The notes under the pieces were generated by a model. It had not been told where the DNA came from and did no database searches. It saw nothing but the letters and a program-made list of their open reading frames with translations. Positions 18,277-28,246 of a stretch of 64,000 bases of DNA are shown here, one piece after another. Origin of the DNA: Candidatus Latescibacterota bacterium (GTDB taxonomy: Bacteria; Latescibacterota; UBA2968; GCA-2709665); contig OZ244937.1 of NCBI GenBank assembly GCA_965222075.1, positions 1,312,001 to 1,376,000 on the forward strand. Direction: 5' to 3'. Position 1 is the first letter of the stretch; each line of letters starts with the position of its first letter. The translations under genes were made by a program, and so were the position numbers.

Positions 18277-18353
18277 TGGTGCGGCTGCCAGGATTCGAAC
18301 CCGGAACCGTCTGATCCGTAGTCAGGTGCTCTATCCAGTTGAGCTACAGCCGC
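18277..18353 (-). tRNA. tRNA-Arg(ACG)
   Basis: Reverse complement GCGGCTGTAGCTCAACTGGATAGAGCACCTGACTACGGATCAGACGGTTCCGGGTTCGAATCCTGGCAGCCGCACCA forms a cloverleaf with anticodon ACG and encoded CCA. Confidence 0.96.
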
Positions 18354-18462
18354 CTGGAAAGATATTACCTCAGAGACGTCTGCAAAAACGCCTCCTGGGA
18401 GGCTGCTAAAAGTAGTCAAACGATACGGGCGTGTCAAGCTGTTTCCTGCAGATGAAAGCCGG

Positions 18463-21400
18463 CTATTCGGGTTCGGGCTTCATCAGAACGAAGGCCGCGA
18501 GGTCGCCAGCGTTGGCGGGCGAACCGCCATTCAACGTCTGGCAGACCTGTTCGATATCGGGATGGCTGTAACCGGCGTCACGCCGAATGACGCTTTGGGA
18601 ATCTCGTGCCTGTGATAGCACATCCTGCCAACGGGACAACGCTTTATCGTCAAGAAGCTCCAGCGCGTCACTCGCACCGCCGTCAGGACTGGCCGCAAGG
18701 TTCCGAATCAGCTCGTGGACGAGCCAGGCGGCTTGCATTTCAGGCCCAACCCACCCCCCCTCATCACCATCGGCACCATCACTCCATGCCTGATCGGGTC
18801 CGACGTAGCTTCCAACAAGGCGGATGAGGAGTTCCAATCCCGGAAATCCCAGCTCATGGAAGGAAAACCGCACGGGATCCTGGAAGCAAAAGAACGCCGC
18901 CACGCGTTGAATCCGGCGCTCCTGGCCCCATACGAAGTCTTTCAGGAGATCATTGTACGTCCCCGGCGAAACAATGAGGCCCGCCGCCAACCAGTGCACG
19001 CGCTGAGCGACGTTCATGCTCGTCCGGGACAGCTTCCTTTCGATCAGTTCTTGAAACAACGCTCTGTCGGCGTGTTGAAGTGCAGCCCACAGCAGATGAT
19101 CCAATGCTTTGATGTGCTTCAGCTTGCAGCGAATCGGAAAGGCGCGGAGCAGGGGCAAGCTCGCGTGCCGAGCGACCTGAGCGTGGTCCGGCGCGTGGGC
19201 GAGTTCCCAGAGCTTGTATATACTCTCGCGATCGCCGCGGAACTCGGAAACGGCGAATCGCACCTGTACGTCGGCTACGATCTCAGGGCGCGCCTCAAGA
19301 AGCCGTCGATACCATTTGGGCCGATAACCCCCGTGGGCCGTACAGTAATAAAACGCGACCGCCTTGCGAATCCGGCCGTCGTCCCACCCGGATGGGCCTT
19401 CCGGCGCCGTCCTCTCAATTTCCGCCAGGCCCGCGAGGAACGGCCAGCCGAGATAATGCATGTGGCCTTTCTCTCTAAGGGCGAGAATCTCATCGATGTT
19501 TGGGACATCCTCCCGGTCAATTGTACCACGAAGACCCTGAAGCGTGGCATCGATCAAACCACGGTCGCCCCGGAGCCGTTTCTCGATGGCCTTCGGTCCG
19601 TCGTCGTTGAAATCGTAGAAGTTTCCGAAGTACTGCTTCGCCATCTGGTAGAGCAGGTCGGGTGCGGTCCGGTTCTCGCGCAGCGCGGCCTCGTTGGACC
19701 GGACATGGTCAAGCCATTGCTCCTCTTGCCGCCTCCGCTGATCAATGTATCGGTCTCGGCGCCTGCCCCGGTTTTCCAGCCCATAATCTGGCGGCGGAGT
19801 ACGCAGCTGAGCGAGATGCGCTTTCAACGCTTCGTTCTTCTGTGAGTGTTCCTCCAGAAGTTCGAGCGACAGGCCCTCGTTACCGCTCCGGTCGGTATGG
19901 GACCGCCAGGCGAGTTCCAACAGGTGTTCCGCAACCCGCGGTTTCGTGTCCACCATGGCGACGGCCTGCTTCAGACACCAGCGGCCGAAGTCGGGCGGCA
20001 GACTGGCGCCGTACAGGCGCTTTTGGACGTTGAACGCGTGATACCTGAATTCGTTGGACTCAGCACAACGGTCTAATCCCTCAACGATGATTTTCTTTTG
20101 GACCTCGGGGCGCTGCTCCAGCCAGGAGCGTATGCGGTGGATCGATCCGTCGTTCCAGGAGGCCTCCGGGTGCCAGTCCTCCGAACCCACGCTGAGCCAG
20201 TCGTACAGACGCCCCGGTTCTATCCGGTCTCCATGTATTTCCAGACTGCGAGCCAGGAGGATCATCAGCGGGCGGTCCAATTGATGGACCTCCAGGGCGG
20301 GGCGCAAGCCGGGAAGCCGCTGCTGCAGATTGTCGAGGAGTTCGGCCACTTGCTCGTCCGAGGACTTCTCTATCAGTCCCGTATCCCAAAACCGGCAGTG
20401 CTTTCCGATAAGATCCGGGTTCCTTTTTTCGGAAAGGTAGTTCCACACCTCCGTGGGAGGCAGTTCCCGGGGGTAGAGGTGGTATAGCAGGGTCCCGAGG
20501 AGTTCGTTGTCCGGATCGGAGACGCTCCCATTTTGAATATCGGCCAGGAGCGCTTTGAGCTTGCTTGTTTTGTCCTGACCGCAGTGGATGAATGCGTTGA
20601 GGGCTAATGTATTGATACCCGGCGACCATGTGTCGTCGCGGACGATGTCGAGCAGAATCCTGGAAAGACCCGGCAGGGGTGTACCCCCGCGCAGAAGTCT
20701 CAGTACGAATCCGGCGAACAACTGATGCTCTTTTTGCCGGCTGGAGTCATTCAGGACTCTCCTGAACTCCGGCTCCATGTCGGGTGTGGCGAGAGGTCCG
20801 AAGGCTGAGGCCGCCGGAAACACGGAACCGAGCCGGGACACCTCACGGTTCAAGGCCTTCAGGAGGGTGTGTTTCTCGTCAAGCGAGAACCCGCGGATAT
20901 CGCCGTATAGCCCGACGCCGATAGGATCCCGCTCGATGAGGTTCGCCCGGGCGTTCTTGCAATGGGCCGCGAGCCAGGCGGACAGGCCTCTCATCTCGGT
21001 GACTGCGATTTCGTCCTCTCCGGTAATCAGGCCGAGGATGCGCCGAGCGGGAAGTCCGTCGTCAATGCGCTGAGCGAGGTGCCGTGCGCCGAGGAATTCG
21101 GCGATGTGACGGTGAACCGGGGTGAAGCGGTTATTGGTTTCTCCCTTGAATAACTTCGTGGAGAGCGCAGACCGGAGCGCGTCGGGGCTGTCGTAGTCGC
21201 ACTGGCTCAGAGCGGGATAGTCTTCGTCCGGCTGGCCGTGGTCCAGCGTGTACCCGGCGGTGCCCGAAATCAGTTGAACGGCGCAGAGGCGTCCGGCGGC
21301 GTAGAGGAGTTGGTCGGGCGCAGGCGGCGACGCTCCAAGCCTGTGTTCTTCGTTGTGCTCACAGACCAATTGCAAACAAGCTTTCTTGAACGTTTCCAGG

Positions 21401-22020
21401 CGGCTTTCCGGCCAAACGCCACTCCCGGCCACAACGTCGGCCAGCATCTTGAGGCTCTGTGGGTTTGCCAGCAGTCCGTCGACGCTTCGCTTCCGGGCTT
21501 CCGCGATGAATGCCCGGGCATCACCGATATCCATGCTGGTTAAAATCCAGACAATGTCCGATTTCGTCAGGAGATCGAGACGCAAGACAGTCACAGCGGA
21601 ATCTGGCGAGACGGACGCCAGGTGCTTGCGATCGTTTGTCCCGAGCCAGTCCGCTACCCGGCACGACAAACGGAAACGGGGCCGGCCTAATGCGTCGAGA
21701 CGCCTGCGGACTTCGTCGAATGGCGTGCGCACGTCGGGCGAGCCGGCCCGGACCTCGTCGAGTCCGTCGATAAATAGCGTCGTCCCGTGCCAATCGGGTC
21801 GATCTTCAAACGTAATGAAGTCCCGCGCGGAGACGTAGAATCCCCCTTGACGAGTGGCCTCGCGCCTGAACGAGGTCGTCTTGCCGGACCCGGGATCTCC
21901 GAGCAGCACGTAGGCCGGCCTGTCCCGGAACGCTTTCAGGGGTCGGGAATCCTTCTGCTGATTCCGATTCTCCTCCGGCGGTGGGATCTCGGTGCACGTG
22001 CGGGGGACGATGGTGTTCAT
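18463..22020 (-). CDS. Large NACHT/STAND NTPase, probably C-terminally truncated
   Basis: Walker A LLGDPGSGKTT, Walker B FIDGLDE, LSCR, NPQSL, PVHRHIAEFLGA. Long helical C-terminus ends abruptly at PANAGDLAAFVLMKPEPE*. Confidence 0.8.
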   Translation of the reverse strand: MNTIVPRTCTEIPPPEENRNQQKDSRPLKAFRDRPAYVLLGDPGSGKTTSFRREATRQGGFYVSARDFITFEDRPDWHGTTLFIDGLDEVRAGSPDVRTPFDEVRRRLDALGRPRFRLSCRVADWLGTNDRKHLASVSPDSAVTVLRLDLLTKSDIVWILTSMDIGDARAFIAEARKRSVDGLLANPQSLKMLADVVAGSGVWPESRLETFKKACLQLVCEHNEEHRLGASPPAPDQLLYAAGRLCAVQLISGTAGYTLDHGQPDEDYPALSQCDYDSPDALRSALSTKLFKGETNNRFTPVHRHIAEFLGARHLAQRIDDGLPARRILGLITGEDEIAVTEMRGLSAWLAAHCKNARANLIERDPIGVGLYGDIRGFSLDEKHTLLKALNREVSRLGSVFPAASAFGPLATPDMEPEFRRVLNDSSRQKEHQLFAGFVLRLLRGGTPLPGLSRILLDIVRDDTWSPGINTLALNAFIHCGQDKTSKLKALLADIQNGSVSDPDNELLGTLLYHLYPRELPPTEVWNYLSEKRNPDLIGKHCRFWDTGLIEKSSDEQVAELLDNLQQRLPGLRPALEVHQLDRPLMILLARSLEIHGDRIEPGRLYDWLSVGSEDWHPEASWNDGSIHRIRSWLEQRPEVQKKIIVEGLDRCAESNEFRYHAFNVQKRLYGASLPPDFGRWCLKQAVAMVDTKPRVAEHLLELAWRSHTDRSGNEGLSLELLEEHSQKNEALKAHLAQLRTPPPDYGLENRGRRRDRYIDQRRRQEEQWLDHVRSNEAALRENRTAPDLLYQMAKQYFGNFYDFNDDGPKAIEKRLRGDRGLIDATLQGLRGTIDREDVPNIDEILALREKGHMHYLGWPFLAGLAEIERTAPEGPSGWDDGRIRKAVAFYYCTAHGGYRPKWYRRLLEARPEIVADVQVRFAVSEFRGDRESIYKLWELAHAPDHAQVARHASLPLLRAFPIRCKLKHIKALDHLLWAALQHADRALFQELIERKLSRTSMNVAQRVHWLAAGLIVSPGTYNDLLKDFVWGQERRIQRVAAFFCFQDPVRFSFHELGFPGLELLIRLVGSYVGPDQAWSDGADGDEGGWVGPEMQAAWLVHELIRNLAASPDGGASDALELLDDKALSRWQDVLSQARDSQSVIRRDAGYSHPDIEQVCQTLNGGSPANAGDLAAFVLMKPEPE

Positions 22021-23270
22021 ACTTCCTCGAACCAGTGATGGGCGGGCACTGTGAGAAACGCATCGAGTGGTATATTGCCTTCCCCAACGAGCAGCGAGCG
22101 AAGGGGATCAAATTTTTGCTCAAATGCAGACATTCCTCTCAGGGGAAACGTCTTTGAGCCGCTTTTCACTTCGATGGCGATGATCCGAGGGCCACGTTGC
22201 AGGACGAAATCGACCTCGTCCGAGCTTTCCCGCCAGTAGTGGAGGCTGATGTCCGGCGTCGCAGTATTGAACAGGTGCGCGCCGACCGCGCTCTCGACAA
22301 TGCGCCCCCAGAATGAGCGGTCCGCTTGCGCTTCATCAAAGGAGTAGCCTGAATCGGCCGTCATCAGGGCCGTGTTGAGCACACAGAGCTTGGGGCTTGA
22401 GGCCCTGCGTCGATGCGCCTGCCTGGAATACTTCGACACCCCTGCGAGCAACCCGGCGCTTGAGAGCAGGTCGAGGTAACGGGCCAGGGTGGTCGTGTTG
22501 CCGGCGTCATGGAGCTGGCCCAGCATCTTGTTGTACGACAGGATCTGCCCGGAATAGGTGGCCCCCAACTCGAAGAGCCGTTTCAGCAGCGCCGGCTTGT
22601 CCACCCGGGTCATCGCGAGGATATCCCTCTCGATGTTCGGCTCGACGAGCGCGCCGAAGATATAGTTGCGCCACCGATCCGGGTCTCGAACGAAGGGAAC
22701 AGCGCCCGGGTAGCCTCCAAAATAGAGATATTTCGGCAGGTCGAAGCCGAAGGCCTCCGACATTTCCGCGAACGACCAGTGGGTGACACGGATCGATTCA
22801 AAGCGGCCGGCGAGGCTCTCACTCAATCCCGATTGCAGCAGCAGCGGGGCCGAGCCCAGGATAACCACGTGCAAGGGGCAGGCTCTGGCGCGGTCGGCGT
22901 CCCACAAGCCCTTGACGGTTTCCGACCACTGGGGAATCTTCTGAATCTCGTCAATCGCCAGCACGAATCCGCGCCCAAATCGTTCCGCCTCGCGCCGGGC
23001 TTCTTCCCAGTTGCGCACCAGCCATTCCGTGTCCCGCACCTGTGGCACAAGGTAGGTGGCCCCGGCCGTATCGGGGGGGACGCGGAATTCGGCAGAGTCG
23101 GGTTCGTCAACGGCCAGGTAGCGGCTTTCGAGGTCGATCTGCCGCAGCGCCTGGCGCACGATGGTGGTCTTGCCGGTCTGGCGTGGCCCGAACAGGGCGA
23201 TGAGCCGGTGGGGCGCCTCGGCCAGCCGGTGGCAGAGCGTGGTGACCTGAGAACGTTGGAAAGGTTCCAT
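22017..23270 (-). CDS. AAA_14 ATPase with DUF4143 C-terminal domain
   Basis: GPRQTGKTT, IDEIQ, LGS, ESLAGR, GGYPG, EVDFV...IEVKSG. Overlaps the NACHT start (ATGA). Confidence 0.88.
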   Translation of the reverse strand: MEPFQRSQVTTLCHRLAEAPHRLIALFGPRQTGKTTIVRQALRQIDLESRYLAVDEPDSAEFRVPPDTAGATYLVPQVRDTEWLVRNWEEARREAERFGRGFVLAIDEIQKIPQWSETVKGLWDADRARACPLHVVILGSAPLLLQSGLSESLAGRFESIRVTHWSFAEMSEAFGFDLPKYLYFGGYPGAVPFVRDPDRWRNYIFGALVEPNIERDILAMTRVDKPALLKRLFELGATYSGQILSYNKMLGQLHDAGNTTTLARYLDLLSSAGLLAGVSKYSRQAHRRRASSPKLCVLNTALMTADSGYSFDEAQADRSFWGRIVESAVGAHLFNTATPDISLHYWRESSDEVDFVLQRGPRIIAIEVKSGSKTFPLRGMSAFEQKFDPLRSLLVGEGNIPLDAFLTVPAHHWFEEV

Positions 23271-23456
23271 GTATGAAAATTTACTCTATTGAGTAAAAAT
23301 AGTCAAGAGAGTAATCAATCAAATGTCCCCGTTTCCTTCCGTCGGTCAGGTGCTTGGATTTTACTTGACAATCAAACCCTGGAGCTTACGTTAAACAGGG
23401 CGTGTGAAGCAGTTCTGTTTTCGACATCTCAATCCATGGAGGAAAGGAGAGACACC

Positions 23457-24582
23457 ATGCGGGGCGTGATCAGGAGCGTTCTCGTTCTCGTCTTACTGGG
23501 GCTCTTCACGGTTGCCTGTCTGCCGGCCAGGCAGGTAGCAGCCGAACTTCCGCCGGATATTATGGCTGAAGCTGAACGGAGACGGGCTGAAGCTGAACAG
23601 CGACAGGCTGAAAAACAGGCAGAACGGCTGATTGCGAAAAAAGATTATGGGGCCGCTCGCGAGGCGTTGGATAAGATTGTCGCTTTGCAAAGAGAGCACT
23701 ATATCACATTGTCTGACCAGTTTCACTTCATGTATGCACGGGTGGCTTTGTCGGAAGGCTCAATCTCGATCGCAATCGACTCGGCGAAGAGGTATTTGTC
23801 GGCGGCAGGGACGGCAGGCAAGTTCCATAAGGAGGCACTGGCGTTGTTGGACGAGGCTGAACAGATGATGTTTCCGCTTGAGCCGGAGATGGTGGTGATT
23901 CCAGCGGGGCGTTTTCGGATGGGCTGCTTATCCGACTGCGAAGCCATGATGGACTATGCGAAGCCGGTGCACGAGGTGACGATTGAGTCATTCGCGCTGT
24001 CGAAGTACGAGGTGACGTTCGCGGAGTACGATCGCTTCACGGCTGCGACGGGTAGAGATCGGGCGTGGGATAGAGGCTGGGGCCGTGGCCGCCGTCCGGT
24101 GATCTACGTTTCGTGGGAGGAATGCGGTGGCGTATACGGAGTGGCTATCTGCCCACACGGGGGAACGCTACCGTTTGCCGAGCGAGGCGGAGTGGGAGTA
24201 TGCGGCGCGCGCGGGATCGGGGACGGTGTATAGCTGGGGGAATGAGATTGGCCGGGGCCGGGCCAATTGTGATGGTTGCGGCAGTCAATGGGACAATAAG
24301 AAGACGGCTCCGGTGGGTTCGTTCGGTGCCAACGCGTGGGGCCTGCACGACATGCACGGCAACTTGTGGGAGTGGGTGCAGGACTGCTGGAATGACAGTT
24401 ACCGGGGGGCGCCGACGAACGGGTCGGCCTGGGAGAGCGGCAACTGCTCGCGTCGCGTGTTGCGCGGCGGCTCGTGGAACTACAACCCCAGGAACCTCCG
24501 CGCCGCGGACCGCAGCTGGGGCACCACCGGCGATCGGATCATCAACAACGGTTTCCGTGTTGCCCGGACGCTTACTCCTTGA
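23457..24582 (+). pseudogene. FGE-sulfatase/SUMF1 (C-type lectin fold) protein with a +1 frameshift at ~24121; probable DGR target
   Basis: N-terminal hydrophobic leader; PEMVVIPAGRFRMG, KYEVT, RPVIYVSWE. After the extra A the frame continues AYTEWLS, RLPSEAEWEYAAR, DMHGNLWEW, RVLRGGSW, GFRVAR. Confidence 0.85.
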
Positions 24583-24633
24583 ATCTTCACCTCTTTACCT
24601 CTTGGGGGGGTCCAGGGGGACATTGCCCCCCTG
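24454..24633 (+). other. Putative DGR variable region with downstream IMH/hairpin
   Basis: AAC-rich codons alternate with NNC codons derivable from AAC by changes at A only. A pyrimidine-rich tract and a CAGGGGG/CCCCCTG hairpin (24613-24633) follow the stop. Confidence 0.7.
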
Positions 24634-24691
24634 AGGTCTTCTGTTTGGCAAAGGGGAGCAAGGAAATACACCTGAAAGTGGGAATTTGTTT

Positions 24692-26023
24692 ATGACAAGG
24701 ACGATGTTGAGATTCGTGGTGGCGCTGTCGGCATGCTTGCCGTCAGTCTTTCCCGGCACGCAGGCTTGCGCCGCCGGGGCAGGTTCTGAAAAATTCGATC
24801 CACCGGCGCTATACCTGACCTGGCAAGGCGATCCGACGACGACCATGACCATCCGGTGGCACAGCAACAAGGAGAACAAGCGCGACGACGTTGTCGAGTA
24901 CCAACAGCGCGGCGCGTCGGAATGGCGCTCTGCGAAAGGTTGTCACCACGATATGAGCCACTCCGAGCGGATCGTCCATGTGGTGGAGTTAACGGGTCTG
25001 GATCCAGGGGCGGTGTATCGGTTTCGGCTGGGGGAAGATAGCGCTGTGTATCAATTCCGTACGATGCCCAGCGATTTGACGAGCGAGGAAGTTCGCTTTG
25101 TTGTAGGTGGCGATACCTATGGTAAACCGAGATGGTGGTACCCGAAAGACTGGTTCCGAAGGGGCCGGCATTACTATGAGCTGTTGAGAAAGACCAACCT
25201 GAAGGCGTCCAAAACGTCGCCGATGTTTGTGGTGATCGGCGGGGATTTTACGTATTCCAACGGGGAGGAGGGTCAGGCGGAACGCTGGTATAAGTGGCTA
25301 ACTGCATGGAAGGAGGATATGGTTACATCCGACAGCCTGTTGATCCCTCTGATGCCGGTGATCGGCAACCACGAGGTGGTCAAAGGGTATAAGAAAGACT
25401 GGTATAAACCGAATAAACCGTCCTCTCCTGCGACACAGGCGCCCTATTTCTACAGTCTGTTCATCGCGCCCGACAGCTCAAGCTACCGGGTGCTGGACTT
25501 TGGTAACTATATGAGCCTGATTCTGTTGGATTCGGGGCATACGACCTTTGTCGACGAACAGGAGCAGTGGCTGGCCGACACACTGGAAGCGCGGCTGGAG
25601 GTGCCCTACAAGTTCGCGGCCTATCACGTGCCTGCCTATCCCTCGGCCTGCGACTCTAGCGACGAGATTCCCACGCGCATTCGCAAGTGGTGGGTACCGC
25701 TGTTCGAGCAGTTCGAGTTGGATGTGGCCTTTGAACACCACGACCATACATACAAGCGTACTCATAATCTGAACGGGGTGGTATACCTCGGAGGCGGGGC
25801 CTGGGGAAAGGAGCGTAAACCCAAGCCGAACCGGTGGTACTTAGCAACAGCCCAAAAGGAGTATCATTTCATCCTGGTGAAACTCCAGGAACAGACAGCG
25901 CTGTTCCAGGCGATTGACAGCAATGGGCAGGTTTTCGACGAATATTCTAAACCGGCACCGAGATCTGCTCCTTTCCCGCGACCTCAATTCTGCCTTCAAC
26001 AACTGCACCGCTTTGAACGGTAA
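24692..26023 (+). CDS. Purple acid phosphatase-like metallophosphoesterase with N-terminal FN3-like domain
   Basis: Signal peptide; LTWQGDPTTTMTI; GGD, GGDFTY, GNHE, YHVPAY, EHHDHTYKR. Confidence 0.85.
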   Translation: MTRTMLRFVVALSACLPSVFPGTQACAAGAGSEKFDPPALYLTWQGDPTTTMTIRWHSNKENKRDDVVEYQQRGASEWRSAKGCHHDMSHSERIVHVVELTGLDPGAVYRFRLGEDSAVYQFRTMPSDLTSEEVRFVVGGDTYGKPRWWYPKDWFRRGRHYYELLRKTNLKASKTSPMFVVIGGDFTYSNGEEGQAERWYKWLTAWKEDMVTSDSLLIPLMPVIGNHEVVKGYKKDWYKPNKPSSPATQAPYFYSLFIAPDSSSYRVLDFGNYMSLILLDSGHTTFVDEQEQWLADTLEARLEVPYKFAAYHVPAYPSACDSSDEIPTRIRKWWVPLFEQFELDVAFEHHDHTYKRTHNLNGVVYLGGGAWGKERKPKPNRWYLATAQKEYHFILVKLQEQTALFQAIDSNGQVFDEYSKPAPRSAPFPRPQFCLQQLHRFER

Positions 26024-26141
26024 AGATTGGGAGTTGCGCCTGATACCTTATCTGCCAGCGGCAGGCGCCCCTCTTGCTCCGCATCAATCGTATGGCTTTG
26101 GTCTGAAGTTTACCGACATTTGGAACAGAAGGGGGAGCGTG

Positions 26142-28217
26142 ATGAGCGATTTGGAAGCCGGGGCGTTCGATGCGGGGGTGTTTTTCGGGCAGATTCGGAA
26201 GGGGATTGCAGGGCTGGATATTCCCGAGCGGGTTGAAGACGCCCGGACCGAGCGGAGGGCCTGGGAGGCCTGGCACGGCTACCTTGCCGGGCGGGAGAAG
26301 CCGACCTGGCATTTTGACGCCGGGCGGTTCGGCAGTGCGATGCAGACCTATTGGCCGGGCCTGGCGAGGGTCTGGGTGGCGCTGTCGGATCAGCTGATCG
26401 AAGGGACCTTTCTCCACGGCGCGATGAGGGTTCCCTATGTGCCGGGGAAGGGGCTGGACTGGAATGCCAATCCCGAAGGGACGCCCAGCTGGGGGGGAAA
26501 CCTCTTTTTCCTGCGCTGGCCGATCCGGGCCGCGATGCTGACGGGGGATGAACGCTATGTGCGGACGGTTGCCGAGTGTCTGGGGACCTACCTGGCGCAG
26601 ATGGACGATATCCGGGACGAGCGGCAGGTTGCCGTGCCGGGCTCGGATGAGATGCGGAGCTACACGGTGTGGAACACGCTGGCGCTGGGCCTGAAGCTGA
26701 AGGCGCTGGGCGAGGCGCTGTATGCGCTGCGGGACCACCCGGCCTGGACGGTGGCGGACTGCCGGAATACCTCGATTCTGATCTGGCGGCACGCCGATTT
26801 TCTCTACCGGCAGGTGTCGGCTCAAACGGCGGTTGCGTGGCAGCAGCAGTTGAACTTCATTTCATCGGGAAGCGGGGGGTTAGGGGCGGTTGGGGCGCTG
26901 CTGCCGGAGTGGACGGCGGCGGCGGACTGGCTGGAGACCGCCAGGCAGATCCAGGAGGTGCTGCTCTTAAACCAGGTCCACCCGGACGGAATGCAGAAGG
27001 AGATCTGCACCCAGTACCACAAGACGGTGATCCGGTCCTTCGCCACGCTGCAGATGATCCTTTATCGGCAGGGGATGCCGAGTTTTTACGATACGGAGCC
27101 GTTCCGGTCCCGCTTCCTGGCAATGCACCGCTTCCTGGGGGACATTCTGACCCCCCAGGGGTTTACCCCTGCGATCAATTCTGCGGTCTACGCGATGGAC
27201 TGGGTGGTGTTCACAGCAGTGGGAAACACGTTCTTCAAGGATCCGACCCTGCGGTGGCATGTGAATCGGTGGCATCATCCCGATTTTGTGCCGGTGCAGA
27301 AGGAGGGGCCGGGGTGGGGGAGCACGATCCTGAACGATCTGTGCGTACCCGGGCCCAGGGGGGTTCGGGCGCGGGCGCCCAGGCCTGGCTCCCGGCTTTT
27401 TCCGGATTCCGGGATTGCGGTGCTGCGGGATGGATGGGGGGAGGAGGCGAACGTGCTGGTGCTGGATTTCGGACATCCGGACGGGGGGCACGCCTATGCG
27501 GCGCAGGCCTCTTTCACGGCGTGGGTGAAGGGACGTCCGGCTGCCCTCTCACCAGGGTCGCCCTTTTCATACAGCGACCCGAACTACCGGCCCTGGTATT
27601 ACAGCACGCAGGGACAGAATACGGTCTGGGTAGATGAGGACGACCAGGAGATCTGGCGCCCGGGCAGGAAGCGGCGGATCTGGGGGCGGCTGCTGGACTG
27701 GCGGGACAACCCCGAGGAGACGCTGGTCCGGATATCACACAATGGATACACGCAGTCGAAGGGCATCGGGCACGAACGGACCGTGCTGCTGAAGAAGGGG
27801 CGGTTTTTCCTGATTTACGATCTTTTAGACGGAGGGGCAAGCGAGGGTGCGCATACGCTGCGCTGGACAATCCGGTGTCCGGACGCGCTCCGGGAAGCGG
27901 CGGACCGAACGGTGGTGAGCGCAGGCGAACCGGGCATCCGCCTTGTGCCGGGATGGACGGAGGCGATTCAAGCCGTGGAGATCGGCTGGGGGCCCAGTAT
28001 GGTGCCTCTGTCCTATCAGCCTGATATGTCTCCACAGCAGGGACAGACCTGCCACGCGCGGTTTGTGCAGCGGCTGGCGGCGGGGGAGACGGCCCGGTTT
28101 CTGGTGCTGCTGGTGGCGGGGGATTGTACGGATGCATCGGTGAGGGGAGAGGTGAGGGCGGGCGGTGTGGAGGTTGAGGTGGGGGCGTGGGGAGAGCGGG
28201 AGAAGGTGGTGTTGTAG
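26142..28217 (+). CDS. Heparinase II/III family protein
   Basis: HPDGMQKE...YH, FPDSGIAVLRDGW, GGHAY, QNTVWVD. Confidence 0.7.
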   Translation: MSDLEAGAFDAGVFFGQIRKGIAGLDIPERVEDARTERRAWEAWHGYLAGREKPTWHFDAGRFGSAMQTYWPGLARVWVALSDQLIEGTFLHGAMRVPYVPGKGLDWNANPEGTPSWGGNLFFLRWPIRAAMLTGDERYVRTVAECLGTYLAQMDDIRDERQVAVPGSDEMRSYTVWNTLALGLKLKALGEALYALRDHPAWTVADCRNTSILIWRHADFLYRQVSAQTAVAWQQQLNFISSGSGGLGAVGALLPEWTAAADWLETARQIQEVLLLNQVHPDGMQKEICTQYHKTVIRSFATLQMILYRQGMPSFYDTEPFRSRFLAMHRFLGDILTPQGFTPAINSAVYAMDWVVFTAVGNTFFKDPTLRWHVNRWHHPDFVPVQKEGPGWGSTILNDLCVPGPRGVRARAPRPGSRLFPDSGIAVLRDGWGEEANVLVLDFGHPDGGHAYAAQASFTAWVKGRPAALSPGSPFSYSDPNYRPWYYSTQGQNTVWVDEDDQEIWRPGRKRRIWGRLLDWRDNPEETLVRISHNGYTQSKGIGHERTVLLKKGRFFLIYDLLDGGASEGAHTLRWTIRCPDALREAADRTVVSAGEPGIRLVPGWTEAIQAVEIGWGPSMVPLSYQPDMSPQQGQTCHARFVQRLAAGETARFLVLLVAGDCTDASVRGEVRAGGVEVEVGAWGEREKVVL

Positions 28218-28246
28218 GGAAATTGCGGAAATCGAGAGGGGTGACT

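Noticed and set aside
18277-18353. tRNA-Arg as attachment site for the neighbouring accessory DNA
   Set aside because: No duplicated tRNA 3' end or integrase seen, and the NACHT cassette lies on the tRNA's 5' side.
18210-18437. 75-aa ORF
   Set aside because: Overlaps the tRNA and its terminator.
23565-23627. GCTGAAGCTGAAC short repeats
   Set aside because: Encode an ordinary AEAE(R/Q)R coiled-coil linker.
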